Below, piece by piece: positions 29,125-38,603 of a stretch of 64,000 nucleotides of DNA; position 1 is the first letter of the stretch, and the number at the start of each line of letters is the position of its first letter. The DNA is from Spirochaetota bacterium (lineage in GTDB: Bacteria; Spirochaetota; UBA4802; UBA5550), in assembly GCA_963663865.1 (NCBI GenBank), contig OY760686.1, forward strand, positions 1,440,001 to 1,504,000. Direction: 5' to 3'. A model generated the notes under the pieces. That model was not told the DNA's origin. It saw only the letters and a list, made by a program, of their open reading frames with translations, and did no database searches. The position numbers and the translations under genes were made by a program.

Positions 29125-29135
29125 TTGAAACGTGA

Positions 29136-29179
29136 CGGGGATCATCCTGCCCGATTTTTGGCGGGGGGATGATGTCCCG
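29136..29179 (+). other. Intergenic stem-loop between the FAS/PKS gene and birA
   Basis: Imperfect inverted repeat CGGGGATCATCC...GGATGATGTCCCG with no U-tract. Confidence 0.5.
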
Positions 29180-29196
29180 GAAAACCGGAGGCGGCA

Positions 29197-29925
29197 ATGA
29201 ATCACGTCAGACTTGAAAGCGTCGACTCAACCAACAGCTATATAAGAAGAACGCCGTCTCTTCTGGCTGAAAAGTGCGTGCTCGTGTCAGCGCGAGAACA
29301 GACATCCGGCCGGGGCAGGGATGAACGCTCCTGGTATTCAAGGCCGGGGCTGGACCTGACTTTTTCGATGTCCTTCAGAACGGACTGCCGGACATCCGAT
29401 GTTCCGGCCTTCACCGCGGCCGCCGGGGTTTCACTATACAGGGCGGTAAGACCGCTTGTCGGGGAAGGCCTTTTTTTGAAGTGGCCGAATGATCTCTATT
29501 TCAAAGGCCGAAAGCTCTCGGGCATACTGTGCGAGTTTGTACAGGAAGGGGATATTCAGGCCGTTATCGTCGGCATTGGAATCAATGTCAGGGCGGGCGC
29601 TTTCTGTCAGGCGATTGCCACGGAAGCTGTTTCGCTTGAAGAGGCCGCAGAACGGAGCTTTGAGCTTGATTCGCTGCTCTATCTAATAAGCAGCCGTTTG
29701 AGAGATGAGCTTGTTGCTTTTTCGGGTCAGCTCGATAAAAACACCTGCGAAGACTGGATTGAATTTTCAGACCGGGACCGCGTGGTGATGACTGAGATGA
29801 AAGGGGTTTTGCGAAGCGGATACATTGCCGCCCTCAACCCTGACGCGTCGCTGAGAATACAGGACGCTGAGACAGGACAAATAAACAATTACAGAGGCGA
29901 GGTATTTTATGCCGGCGAAAGGTAA
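29197..29925 (+). CDS. birA: Biotin--protein ligase (no N-terminal HTH)
   Basis: Motifs VDSTN, QTSGRGR, KWPND, KLSGIL and GIGIN; GGAGG RBS. Confidence 0.93.
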   Translation: MNHVRLESVDSTNSYIRRTPSLLAEKCVLVSAREQTSGRGRDERSWYSRPGLDLTFSMSFRTDCRTSDVPAFTAAAGVSLYRAVRPLVGEGLFLKWPNDLYFKGRKLSGILCEFVQEGDIQAVIVGIGINVRAGAFCQAIATEAVSLEEAAERSFELDSLLYLISSRLRDELVAFSGQLDKNTCEDWIEFSDRDRVVMTEMKGVLRSGYIAALNPDASLRIQDAETGQINNYRGEVFYAGER

Positions 29926-32900
29926 ACATACTGGCGAAGCGATGAAAGGGGCGGTCCTTCCCGCGCTCACTGATACGGAAAAGCAGGATTTCAATAAATC
30001 ACTGGAATACCTGAAGAAGCTGAACGTATCTGCTGACGGGAGGAGTTCAACTGAGCCCGCGCGGAAGGAAGGTAAGCTGAAGAAGGTCCTTATTGCCAAC
30101 AGGGGGGAAATAGCCAAAAGGTTTTTTCTGGCGCTCCATGAGGAGAATATTCCTTCAGTGGCAGTAATCACAGACGCCGACAGGGGTCAGAGCTGGTATG
30201 AATTCGCCGACGAGGAGCTGTATATCGGCGCCAATGAGAACTACACAGGTATCAACATAATTATTGCTGCTGCGGTCCTCTCGGGCGCAAATGCGATATA
30301 TGCGGGTTACGGCTTCCTGTCTGAAAATCACGGCTTCGTAAAGCGGATCAGGCAGATTTCAGAATGGCTCGGCACTGAATTGATATTTATGGGACCGCGC
30401 TATGATGTAATGGAGGTCATGGGTGATAAGATCAGTGCCCGTGAGGTAGCTCGTAAAAACGGGGTACCTCTCTTCGAAAGCTCCGACGCTTTAAGCGACA
30501 GCGATATAGACCACGTTAAAAAAGAAGCCGCAAGAATCGGCTATCCGGTAATCATTAAACTCTCAGCGGGAGGCGGGGGCAAGGGAATGTACCCTGTGTT
30601 CTCTGAGGGCGAAATTGAGTCGGCTGTCCAGTCGACATGCCGGATAGGACGCGAGCTGTATAATGACAGCTCATTCTATATGGAAAAGTTTATACAGCGG
30701 CCTGTTCACATAGAGGTGCAGGTTTTCAACGGCAGCGCTATTGGAATCAGAAAATGTGCGGTTCAGAGACGTAATCAGAAGATAATCGAAGAGAGCGGCC
30801 ATACATTTCTGGAAGATCATCAGTTTATGTCGTTTCTCTCATCAGCTGAAAGGCTTGCGATTGCTTCAGGTTATTCGGACGGTTGCGGCGCCGGTACGGT
30901 TGAGTTTCTTATAGACAGTGAGAACGGAAGCTTCGGTTTCATGGAGATGAATACAAGGCTTCAGGTCGAGTATGCTGTGACTGACCAGTCACTCGGCATA
31001 GACCTTGTCAAGTGGCAGATTATGTTCTACGACGGACGGGGTAATGAAATTGCTAATCCCCAGATGATGAAGTACAAGACCCTTGACCGCTATCATTCAA
31101 TCGAGTGCCGAATATACGCTGAAGACCCGGAGAATGACTATCTGCCTTCGCCGGGTTCAATTGTTGAGGTAGATCTTCCCACCTTCAACGGAATCAGGTG
31201 CGACTTCGGATTTACAAAGGGCGATAACATTCTGCCGATGTACGATCCTATGATAGGAAAGCTGATCGCACACGGCAGCACGAGGCGTGAAGCGATAATC
31301 AGGCTGGAAAGGGCCCTGCAGGAGTTCTACGTTAAGGGAATCAAGACGAACACCAACCAGTTGCTGCAGATAGTAAGGCATCCTGAATTTCAGGACGGAG
31401 GTTACTCAAACAAGCTGCTTGACGATAATCCGGAGCTTCAGTTTAAGGCCGAAGCTGAAAAAAACAATGCCTGCTCTTCGGCTGATACCATTGAACCGGT
31501 AATATTCGGGGCATTCTGCGAATACATTTCGGCTCTGCACAGGGCCGCCCAGGATTACGCGGTCATAGTCTCGCTTGAGGGGGCCGGCAACGCTCCCGCG
31601 GTTACTCTGCCTCCAGCAGCATTTACTGTTCAGTACAGGGGGGGCAGCAGCAGGGTTGATTTTCTGCAGACAGAAATTGACAGCTTTATCGTCTCTCTTA
31701 ACGGTGTTAATCACGGCAGGGTGACGCTAAGCTACTTCAATGACAGGGACGATGATTTTATTGTTCAGTACGGCACTGGCTCAAAAAGGATAAGGTGCGA
31801 AAGACAGTCCGACATGCTTGTGGTCAAGCTACGTGACTCGCAGAACAAAGCTAATTACCACAGGATGCTTATTGTCCCCGAGGGGCAGGGCGCAGCGGCC
31901 AATGAAGGACTTGTGAAGTCTCCATTTCAGGGGACATTTGTCTCGCTTGGAAGTGCCGGCCTTGAGGTTGGCGCAGATGTTAAGGCTGGAGACCCGCTGA
32001 TTGTTCTTTCGTCGATGAAGATGGAAACTGTGGTTAAAGCTCCGGTTGACGGCACAATTGAGTATTTGATTGAAGACGGTGACGAGTCCAGGCTCGTATT
32101 GTCAAAAACACCTGACGGCAGAATAATCGGCAGGAGTATTCAGGAAGGCGAAGTCCTGGTGCGCATCAAAACCGAAGATGTTGATGACTCTGAAACCTGC
32201 TCCGGAGAAAAGAAAGTCAATACAGGCACTACTGCACTCGATTTGCTGAGAAGCGGTGTGCCGGTGGAAAACATAGTTTCAGATATCGAAAAACACTTCG
32301 ACGATATTCTTGAGATGTTTCTTGCTTCAGTCAAAGGCTTTATCAGCGACAGCGTTCTTATCGATTCAATGATTGAAGTCCTTGAGAAGATTGATCATGT
32401 CGCGTGGGGTAGTATAATAAACGAAAAGAGGGCGGAAGGTGTAAATGATATAGTACTTCACTATACTAATATACGAAAAATATTCTCACCGGTCATTTCT
32501 GAAAACGGATTTTCCTATCAGGATGAACTTGACAGGTATTCGAGAGACTGGAACGAGCCGGGAGTGAAGTTTCCCGGAGAGTTTACTTCGCTTATTAACG
32601 AGCTTCTTGCCAATTTCGGAATATCCTCAGCTAAGCCTTCAAACGTAATGGAAGAGATATACAGAGCTCACTTCAATCTTCTAATGCGGCTTTCTTATGA
32701 TTACTGTGTCAGAAACTGGAAGCGGATCGGTCCGCATTTTAATGTAGTTACCACGCTTCTGCCTTCGAAGGACAAGACTCTTCTTACAATGAAGCGTCTT
32801 CTGCTTCACACCCAGACGGAATCGGACGACTCGGCATACAAAAAGATCAGGAGCTATCTTATTGAAAAGTATCCTCATTGCTACGCCGAGTTTTCAACCG

Positions 32901-35734
32901 GTGGATGGAGCGATATCCCCAATATAGAGAAACAGCTTTCAGGAAACGGCGAGACCGTGTCATGCGAGCCGGCGGGAGAGCATGAATTTATTGAAAGCCT
33001 CCTGCCCGAAGGCTTCAATGAAGAGGCATCACGAAGAATGGAAGAGAAGCTGGCTATTCTAAAGCTGAAGTACGATATTAAGCGCCTGAAGAATTCGCTT
33101 TCGGAAACCTCAGTCTACAGGCTTGAGCCGATAGACCCCGAGGGGGAGGTGATGTACGCGGCTTTTACTGCCATTGATGCAGCCGGGGGCAGCGTTATGA
33201 AGAATGTTCGTTCCGCCTTCACCGGAATATCCGAGGCTATATGCAGGGTGACAGGAGACTGCTGCAGCACTCCAAACTGGATAGAGGTTATTCTAACGGG
33301 TCATCAGGTAGTGATTGACTGCGACGGCTCGGATGAGAGGCCTGGATACGGTCTTGTAAAAAGCCTCGCTTCCGATCTGGATCCTTATTTCTGCGACAGG
33401 AATATTCTTGCCTTTGCTTTAGATACTGAATTGGCTCCTTCAGCAGATGCTCCATCTGCGAGAAAGACGCTTGTACTTGCGATAACTGAAGGAAGACCGT
33501 CTTTTACGATTATGCAGCAGGACGATGCTGGTAACCCGTATTCAGATTCAAAACAATATAACAGAAAAAACCAGTCCCTGTACGACGACGCCAAGTGGCC
33601 CATTGACGTCTGGTCTGAAGAAACACTGGACAAAGGTACTTCAAGGGAGCTGACAATTCCTTCCATAGATGATGACCCTGAGAACCCCGTCGCCGCCAGA
33701 ATAATACTCGGCAGCATGAACGGAACGCAGGCGCTGTTCTACATGAAGGACTTCCGCATCAGGGGAGGATCCACCGGAGACAGAGAAGGCCGCAAGTATG
33801 TTGCTGCCGGGTACATTGCCTTAATGAAGGGCATTCCGCTGTATGTGTGGAACGACAGCGGCGGAGCGAATATAAAAGAAGGCGTAGTGTCTCTCAACAG
33901 GGGCGCCCAGGGCTTCATGATGAACACCTTCCTTGCGGGGACTGCCGGAATTGATAAGTTCTTAAGATACAGAAAGAACCTGCCTGACAGCGGAATGAGT
34001 GCGCTTTTTGATGAGCTCGACTCATTGCTCTCTCTGAATGAGGCTGAGGCCCGCAGAGGTAAGGCCATGCTCGTAGCCATCGGAATAGGGGCTTCCGCGG
34101 GGCTCGATGTATACGGCTCAAGCCAGGCAACCATACAGCTGCTGCTTGACTCGCAGAAATCTTACAGGGTTCTGACAGGGGCAAATGTCATCAGGGCCGT
34201 TATGGGTGAGGATATCAGCAACTACGATATAGGAGGCGCGAAGGTGCTCGGCAAGTGGGCCGGAATTGTAGACCTCGTTGCCGGTGACAGGGTTGAGATG
34301 GTGGCCTTTGTAAGAAAGATTCACAGCTATTTCTGCACTCTCAATACGGCTTTCGCGCAAATCGAAGCTCCGCTGTTGAATGACGCGGCAGACAGGGCTG
34401 GAGACGGTTATACTGTATTTACGGAGACAACTGTTCACAGAAATGTTGACGGCGGAAGGTTTTGGACTTTCAAGGACGACTACTACGGAGCAAACGCCCT
34501 CATAGGAGGATTTGCCTCACTCAGGGGAAAGCGTGCTCTTATTATGGGCCCCAGAACGAACAGCGGACTTACTACATCTCCGTCACTCAACAAGTCAAGA
34601 GAGCTTCTGAGGATCGCACGGAGAACCGGAGTGCACCAGATTCTTGTCTTCGGAAAGTGCTGGCACAGGGTCCGCAGCAATATCGAGAATGTGAGCATGA
34701 GACCGCGGATGGACTTTGTTAAAACGCTGGGAAGCCGAAGAAGCGGCGCCAGAATACACATTGTTACCGATATCGAGGGACTTAAGGCTGCTGAAATCAA
34801 CAGCTATGCCGACTTTATCATATTTATCAAGGACAGGGAGCTTCCACAGGCGGATTACAATTTCGCGAGAAAAAATACCTCGTTCATGGTCAAGTCGTTC
34901 AGCGAAGCTTTTTCCCTTTCAGCTGACCTTCTGGGCCTTCTGAGTAATCCCGAGATATCGGATTCAGTTAAGCCTGAGATTAAACCGGATATCCCTTCAG
35001 ATTCCGGAGAGCCCTATGACATGATTGAAAGGGTAATAAACAGGACTTTTGATTCGGGAAGCTTTATTGAGGTCTACAGGGGAATGAATGACCCTATGAC
35101 GGGGCCCAATCTGATTACAGGGCTGGCCCGGCTCAACGGCCGAACGGTCGGTATAATCGCCGATCAGCCCCTTGTTAAGGGAGGAGGCGCAGATTCCGCC
35201 GGAACTGAAAAGTTCAGGATATTCGTGGAACTTTTATCCAGCAGGAATATTCCACTTGTGATGCTTTCAAATTCCTCGGGATTTGTGCCGGGTTCGAAGG
35301 AAGAGCGTTTCCGTATTCAGGCCATTGGTGCCGATTCGCTAGATGTGAATATTGAAAGCACAATACCCGTCGTTTCTGTCGTACTCAATCAGAACTTCGG
35401 CGGAAGAATGATACACGCGTTTAACCGCTACCTGCGCCCTGGAATAGTGTATCTTGCGCTTGACCACGCGGTTATCGCCGTACTTGGAGAAACAGTGGCT
35501 TTTGAGCTGCTTCAGAAAAAGGAATTCAACAGGCTCATCTCTGAAGGCAAACAGCAGGAGGCTGAGGAGTTTTACAGACAGGCGATGTCGGCATTCCGTG
35601 AAAAGGCTCGGGCTGAAAACGACTGCCTCGCCACAGGTGTTCTTGACTGGGTAATTAAGGACAGCGAGAACCTGAGGGAACATCTTCTAAAGGGAATGGA
35701 GAAGGCGGTGGCTGAGGCCGCGACAATCGCGTAG
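29909..35734 (+). CDS. Single-chain biotin-dependent acyl-CoA (probably acetyl-CoA) carboxylase: BC-BT-BCCP-central region-CT
   Basis: BC motifs LIANRGEIA, GYGFLSEN, GGGGKG, EMNTRLQVE, RIYAEDP and YDPMIGKLI. BCCP motif SMKME (Lys codon 32018). CT motifs DFRIRGGS, DSGGANIKEG, TGLARLNG..VGIIADQP and SGFVPG. Confidence 0.9.
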   Translation: MPAKGKHTGEAMKGAVLPALTDTEKQDFNKSLEYLKKLNVSADGRSSTEPARKEGKLKKVLIANRGEIAKRFFLALHEENIPSVAVITDADRGQSWYEFADEELYIGANENYTGINIIIAAAVLSGANAIYAGYGFLSENHGFVKRIRQISEWLGTELIFMGPRYDVMEVMGDKISAREVARKNGVPLFESSDALSDSDIDHVKKEAARIGYPVIIKLSAGGGGKGMYPVFSEGEIESAVQSTCRIGRELYNDSSFYMEKFIQRPVHIEVQVFNGSAIGIRKCAVQRRNQKIIEESGHTFLEDHQFMSFLSSAERLAIASGYSDGCGAGTVEFLIDSENGSFGFMEMNTRLQVEYAVTDQSLGIDLVKWQIMFYDGRGNEIANPQMMKYKTLDRYHSIECRIYAEDPENDYLPSPGSIVEVDLPTFNGIRCDFGFTKGDNILPMYDPMIGKLIAHGSTRREAIIRLERALQEFYVKGIKTNTNQLLQIVRHPEFQDGGYSNKLLDDNPELQFKAEAEKNNACSSADTIEPVIFGAFCEYISALHRAAQDYAVIVSLEGAGNAPAVTLPPAAFTVQYRGGSSRVDFLQTEIDSFIVSLNGVNHGRVTLSYFNDRDDDFIVQYGTGSKRIRCERQSDMLVVKLRDSQNKANYHRMLIVPEGQGAAANEGLVKSPFQGTFVSLGSAGLEVGADVKAGDPLIVLSSMKMETVVKAPVDGTIEYLIEDGDESRLVLSKTPDGRIIGRSIQEGEVLVRIKTEDVDDSETCSGEKKVNTGTTALDLLRSGVPVENIVSDIEKHFDDILEMFLASVKGFISDSVLIDSMIEVLEKIDHVAWGSIINEKRAEGVNDIVLHYTNIRKIFSPVISENGFSYQDELDRYSRDWNEPGVKFPGEFTSLINELLANFGISSAKPSNVMEEIYRAHFNLLMRLSYDYCVRNWKRIGPHFNVVTTLLPSKDKTLLTMKRLLLHTQTESDDSAYKKIRSYLIEKYPHCYAEFSTGGWSDIPNIEKQLSGNGETVSCEPAGEHEFIESLLPEGFNEEASRRMEEKLAILKLKYDIKRLKNSLSETSVYRLEPIDPEGEVMYAAFTAIDAAGGSVMKNVRSAFTGISEAICRVTGDCCSTPNWIEVILTGHQVVIDCDGSDERPGYGLVKSLASDLDPYFCDRNILAFALDTELAPSADAPSARKTLVLAITEGRPSFTIMQQDDAGNPYSDSKQYNRKNQSLYDDAKWPIDVWSEETLDKGTSRELTIPSIDDDPENPVAARIILGSMNGTQALFYMKDFRIRGGSTGDREGRKYVAAGYIALMKGIPLYVWNDSGGANIKEGVVSLNRGAQGFMMNTFLAGTAGIDKFLRYRKNLPDSGMSALFDELDSLLSLNEAEARRGKAMLVAIGIGASAGLDVYGSSQATIQLLLDSQKSYRVLTGANVIRAVMGEDISNYDIGGAKVLGKWAGIVDLVAGDRVEMVAFVRKIHSYFCTLNTAFAQIEAPLLNDAADRAGDGYTVFTETTVHRNVDGGRFWTFKDDYYGANALIGGFASLRGKRALIMGPRTNSGLTTSPSLNKSRELLRIARRTGVHQILVFGKCWHRVRSNIENVSMRPRMDFVKTLGSRRSGARIHIVTDIEGLKAAEINSYADFIIFIKDRELPQADYNFARKNTSFMVKSFSEAFSLSADLLGLLSNPEISDSVKPEIKPDIPSDSGEPYDMIERVINRTFDSGSFIEVYRGMNDPMTGPNLITGLARLNGRTVGIIADQPLVKGGGADSAGTEKFRIFVELLSSRNIPLVMLSNSSGFVPGSKEERFRIQAIGADSLDVNIESTIPVVSVVLNQNFGGRMIHAFNRYLRPGIVYLALDHAVIAVLGETVAFELLQKKEFNRLISEGKQQEAEEFYRQAMSAFREKARAENDCLATGVLDWVIKDSENLREHLLKGMEKAVAEAATIA

Positions 35735-35755
35735 CGCCACGATTACAGGATAACA

Positions 35756-36385
35756 ATGGAGAAAAACATGACACTAAATACAGCTTATAACAGATACATT
35801 GATGTTCTCAATTCATTTCACAGCTGGCGGCTACGAAGCGGGGCATTGACAGGAATGTTCCTTGCCGCCTGCGCTGCGCTTTTCACAGGCATAATGGCAC
35901 AGGCCGCCATATATCTTCCGTGGACGCCGGTCCCTGTTACCGGCCATACGGTAGCCGTGTTCGCGGGCGCTGCTCTTCTCGGCAGGTGGGGCGGAGCAGC
36001 CCAGCTGATGTACATCGCGGGAGGCGCCGCTGGCCTTAACTGGTTCGCCGGCCAAAACGGGGGACTCCCGGCCCTCTGCGGGCCAACAGCCGGCTACCTT
36101 GCCGGATACGCTCTTGCTGCATGGGTTCTCGGCGAGGTTTTGCAGTCCTCAAAAACTCCAAGAAGGTTTGTCAGACTCCAGCTTTTAATGGCGGCGCTTA
36201 ACTTTGGGGTTGTGTACCCTGTGGGGCTGGCGGGGCTGTACATGTGGACAACCTCTGTGAAAGGAAGCGCGCCGGGAATTTTTGAACTTCTGAACATGGG
36301 ATTATTTCCTTTTATCCCGGGGGATATTGTCAAAATTGGAATCACATCAACCCTGATATACCAGCTGCTTCCCAAAAGAAGGTGA
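35756..36385 (+). CDS. bioY: Biotin transporter substrate-binding component
   Basis: Motifs PWTPVPVTG, GPTAGYLAGY and FIPGDIVK; hydrophobic; adjacent to birA and the carboxylase. Confidence 0.9.
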   Translation: MEKNMTLNTAYNRYIDVLNSFHSWRLRSGALTGMFLAACAALFTGIMAQAAIYLPWTPVPVTGHTVAVFAGAALLGRWGGAAQLMYIAGGAAGLNWFAGQNGGLPALCGPTAGYLAGYALAAWVLGEVLQSSKTPRRFVRLQLLMAALNFGVVYPVGLAGLYMWTTSVKGSAPGIFELLNMGLFPFIPGDIVKIGITSTLIYQLLPKRR

Positions 36386-36398
36386 CACCCTGCTGAAT

Positions 36399-36438
36399 GA
36401 GGGTCCTGCTGCTTTTTATTCAAAACAGCAGGGCCCTC
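36399..36438 (+). other. Stem-loop after bioY (possible terminator or processing site)
   Basis: GAGGGTCCTGCTG...CAGCAGGGCCCTC, with no clear downstream U-tract. Confidence 0.55.
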
Positions 36439-36470
36439 TCAAAACCAACCGTATTTATCACAGAGGAAAA

Positions 36471-37250
36471 ATGAGAAGATTTATCACAGCGGTGTTTGTC
36501 TCTCTGTGTCTTTGCGCGCTGCCGGGTATTCTAAAGGCAGAACAGGCTCAGACAGGAAGGACATGGACCTATGTCTACATGCAGGGAAATCTTGATCCCG
36601 ATTGGTCACTGGTCATTATGCCGGGGGCCAAATATGAATTTGCCCGAAACGGAGGGAGTGACACGATTGGATTTTACGTGTACGAACTCTTCGTCGGGCC
36701 TCAGTACACAGTTAAGTGGGACGATTTTACCCTTACTGTCCCGTTCTGGTATTACTATGTTGGAATGCCCTATAAACCATTGGACGATTATTACTATACT
36801 CACAACCTGTCTGTCTCGCCCAGGCTGACCTGGAGGCATGGGCGGCTGTCCCTGTATTTTAGGCTCTTTACTTACAACACACTGTATTCAAATTACTATG
36901 ACACCGCATCGGAGAGAAGGGGATATTCTCTGATGACAACTCAGATGCTTGGCGTCTCTTACTGGATTGGCCGCGGCTTTTCTATCGAAGCTGGAGACGA
37001 GATATTCACTGGAATAATCGATGACGGCGGAACAGCTGCCTCAGGATTTGGCTTTATCAGAACAGGGTTTCAGAAGAATAAGCTATATGCCGGTCTGTCC
37101 TACAGTGTAATGAAGGGTGTAAGCCTGAAGCTTCAGTATGTGAATGAAAGAAATTACAACACAGATTTAAGATGCACCGAAAATCATCATCTGGTCTATA
37201 CGGTAATGTCTTTAGCGGCTGATTTCTTTTCGAGAGATGCGGGACGTTGA
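36471..37250 (+). CDS. Exported, probable outer-membrane beta-barrel protein (DUF2490-like)
   Basis: Signal peptide followed by Tyr/Trp-rich amphipathic strands (EAGDEIF, KNKLYAGLSY, LKLQYV). The family assignment is tentative. Confidence 0.6.
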   Translation: MRRFITAVFVSLCLCALPGILKAEQAQTGRTWTYVYMQGNLDPDWSLVIMPGAKYEFARNGGSDTIGFYVYELFVGPQYTVKWDDFTLTVPFWYYYVGMPYKPLDDYYYTHNLSVSPRLTWRHGRLSLYFRLFTYNTLYSNYYDTASERRGYSLMTTQMLGVSYWIGRGFSIEAGDEIFTGIIDDGGTAASGFGFIRTGFQKNKLYAGLSYSVMKGVSLKLQYVNERNYNTDLRCTENHHLVYTVMSLAADFFSRDAGR

Positions 37251-38209
37251 ACAGACGCTGCATCGTAATCCCTGCGGTTTCCGGCAGTAAGGTTGTGCAG
37301 GAAGCTTACTGCCGGGCCGGTTTCGACGCTTAGTTCCTGATTTTCTGCCTGATAGATGTCTCCGTCAATTGTGTACTCAATCGGCGAGTCTGTTACGAGC
37401 TTAAGGCCGCGTGTTGTGCGGTCTATGTGCATAGGGTCGTTGATTATATCCCCTTTTTTGAACCTGTTGAGATTGAACAGCATTTTTATGGGAGATACCG
37501 AAGTAAGAATCGCCTGAAAGGACTCGGGGTCGGTGCATGCCCGGCAGAGCGGTGTGAAGCCCATGCCGATGTGTTCGACTGTGCCCGCAAGAACGGCCCT
37601 GACATGTCCGATCGGCAGCTTCTCGCCGTCGGCGTAGAAACAGCCCTGAGTAGTGGAGAACATCTCGGAGCGTTCACCGTCAACAATGGCGTGAAGTATC
37701 GACTTCAGTGCCGTATGCAGGTTCTGAATGTTTCCTTTCTCGCGTCCAGAGTAGGCATCCTTTAAAAACCTGGTTGTGAAGCCTGCTCCAAAGATAAAGC
37801 CGTATCTATTGTTCACCTTAAGGGTTCTGCGATATGATCGCGGTACATCGGAGGCGCTGCTGTAGGAGTCAAGAATTGACCTGATGAGCTCGGGGCCAGA
37901 GGTGTCTAGTCCGATTGAGTTTGCCACGTTATTCATGGTGCCGCTCTTGAGCAGTATGAAGGGAGGAAGCTCCTTCTCTCCATAAACGCTGACAGCGGCA
38001 GTGAGAACCTGATGAAGGGTGCCGTCACCGCCGGCAACACCGAGGGCGTCAATACCGCTTATACGAAGAGACTCAAGCTCTTTACGCATCTGTTTCAGAT
38101 CCTTTGTCAGCCTCACATCGACTGACCTCATCCCAAAGACAGACGCCGGATCCTTCTTCATTAGCCGTATCTGCTTTGCTCTGGCATTGACAATGACTCC
38201 GATTTTCAG
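37196..38209 (-). CDS. Diacylglycerol-kinase-family lipid kinase
   Basis: Motifs GGDGT, GTMNNVANSIG and YTIDGD. The ORF track starts at ATG 38161, but the conserved first strand KIGVIVNARA lies upstream, behind a CTG at 38209 with a GGAGG RBS. Confidence 0.85.
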   Translation of the reverse strand: MKIGVIVNARAKQIRLMKKDPASVFGMRSVDVRLTKDLKQMRKELESLRISGIDALGVAGGDGTLHQVLTAAVSVYGEKELPPFILLKSGTMNNVANSIGLDTSGPELIRSILDSYSSASDVPRSYRRTLKVNNRYGFIFGAGFTTRFLKDAYSGREKGNIQNLHTALKSILHAIVDGERSEMFSTTQGCFYADGEKLPIGHVRAVLAGTVEHIGMGFTPLCRACTDPESFQAILTSVSPIKMLFNLNRFKKGDIINDPMHIDRTTRGLKLVTDSPIEYTIDGDIYQAENQELSVETGPAVSFLHNLTAGNRRDYDAASVQRPASLEKKSAAKDITV

Positions 38210-38367
38210 CGTATGCCTCCAGTTGCTCTGTCCGAGTTCTCGACGTGAATGTAGAGATACTGTGTTAAGGTATTATTAGGGCTATGTTAATTTACTGTGA
38301 GAATCCTCATGATTAAATAAAGCGAACATAACAGCCTGCGGGCGGGTTTCGCTCCTTAATGGCTGTT

Positions 38368-38395
38368 ATTGTATGAATCTGTGTTAAAAAGTCAA
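38368..38395 (-). promoter_or_regulatory. Putative sigma70 promoter for the lipid kinase gene
   Basis: Minus strand TTGACT-N16-TACAAT. Confidence 0.5.
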
Positions 38396-38603
38396 GCCAA
38401 ATGATTTTAGTAATATAAATTGTTACACCTTCAAGGTTCTGCGTAAAGAATGCTGTGTGGCCGGGAAAGACCGGTTCAGGTCCGGTATCATGAATAAAAT
38501 TGTCTTGATATATTTGTACCGTAATGAGTTGATAATTCAGGGATTTTTGTCCGGCAGGGAAGTATGGACGGCCCCATAAATTAGCGGATCAGGTGTTTTG
38601 AAT

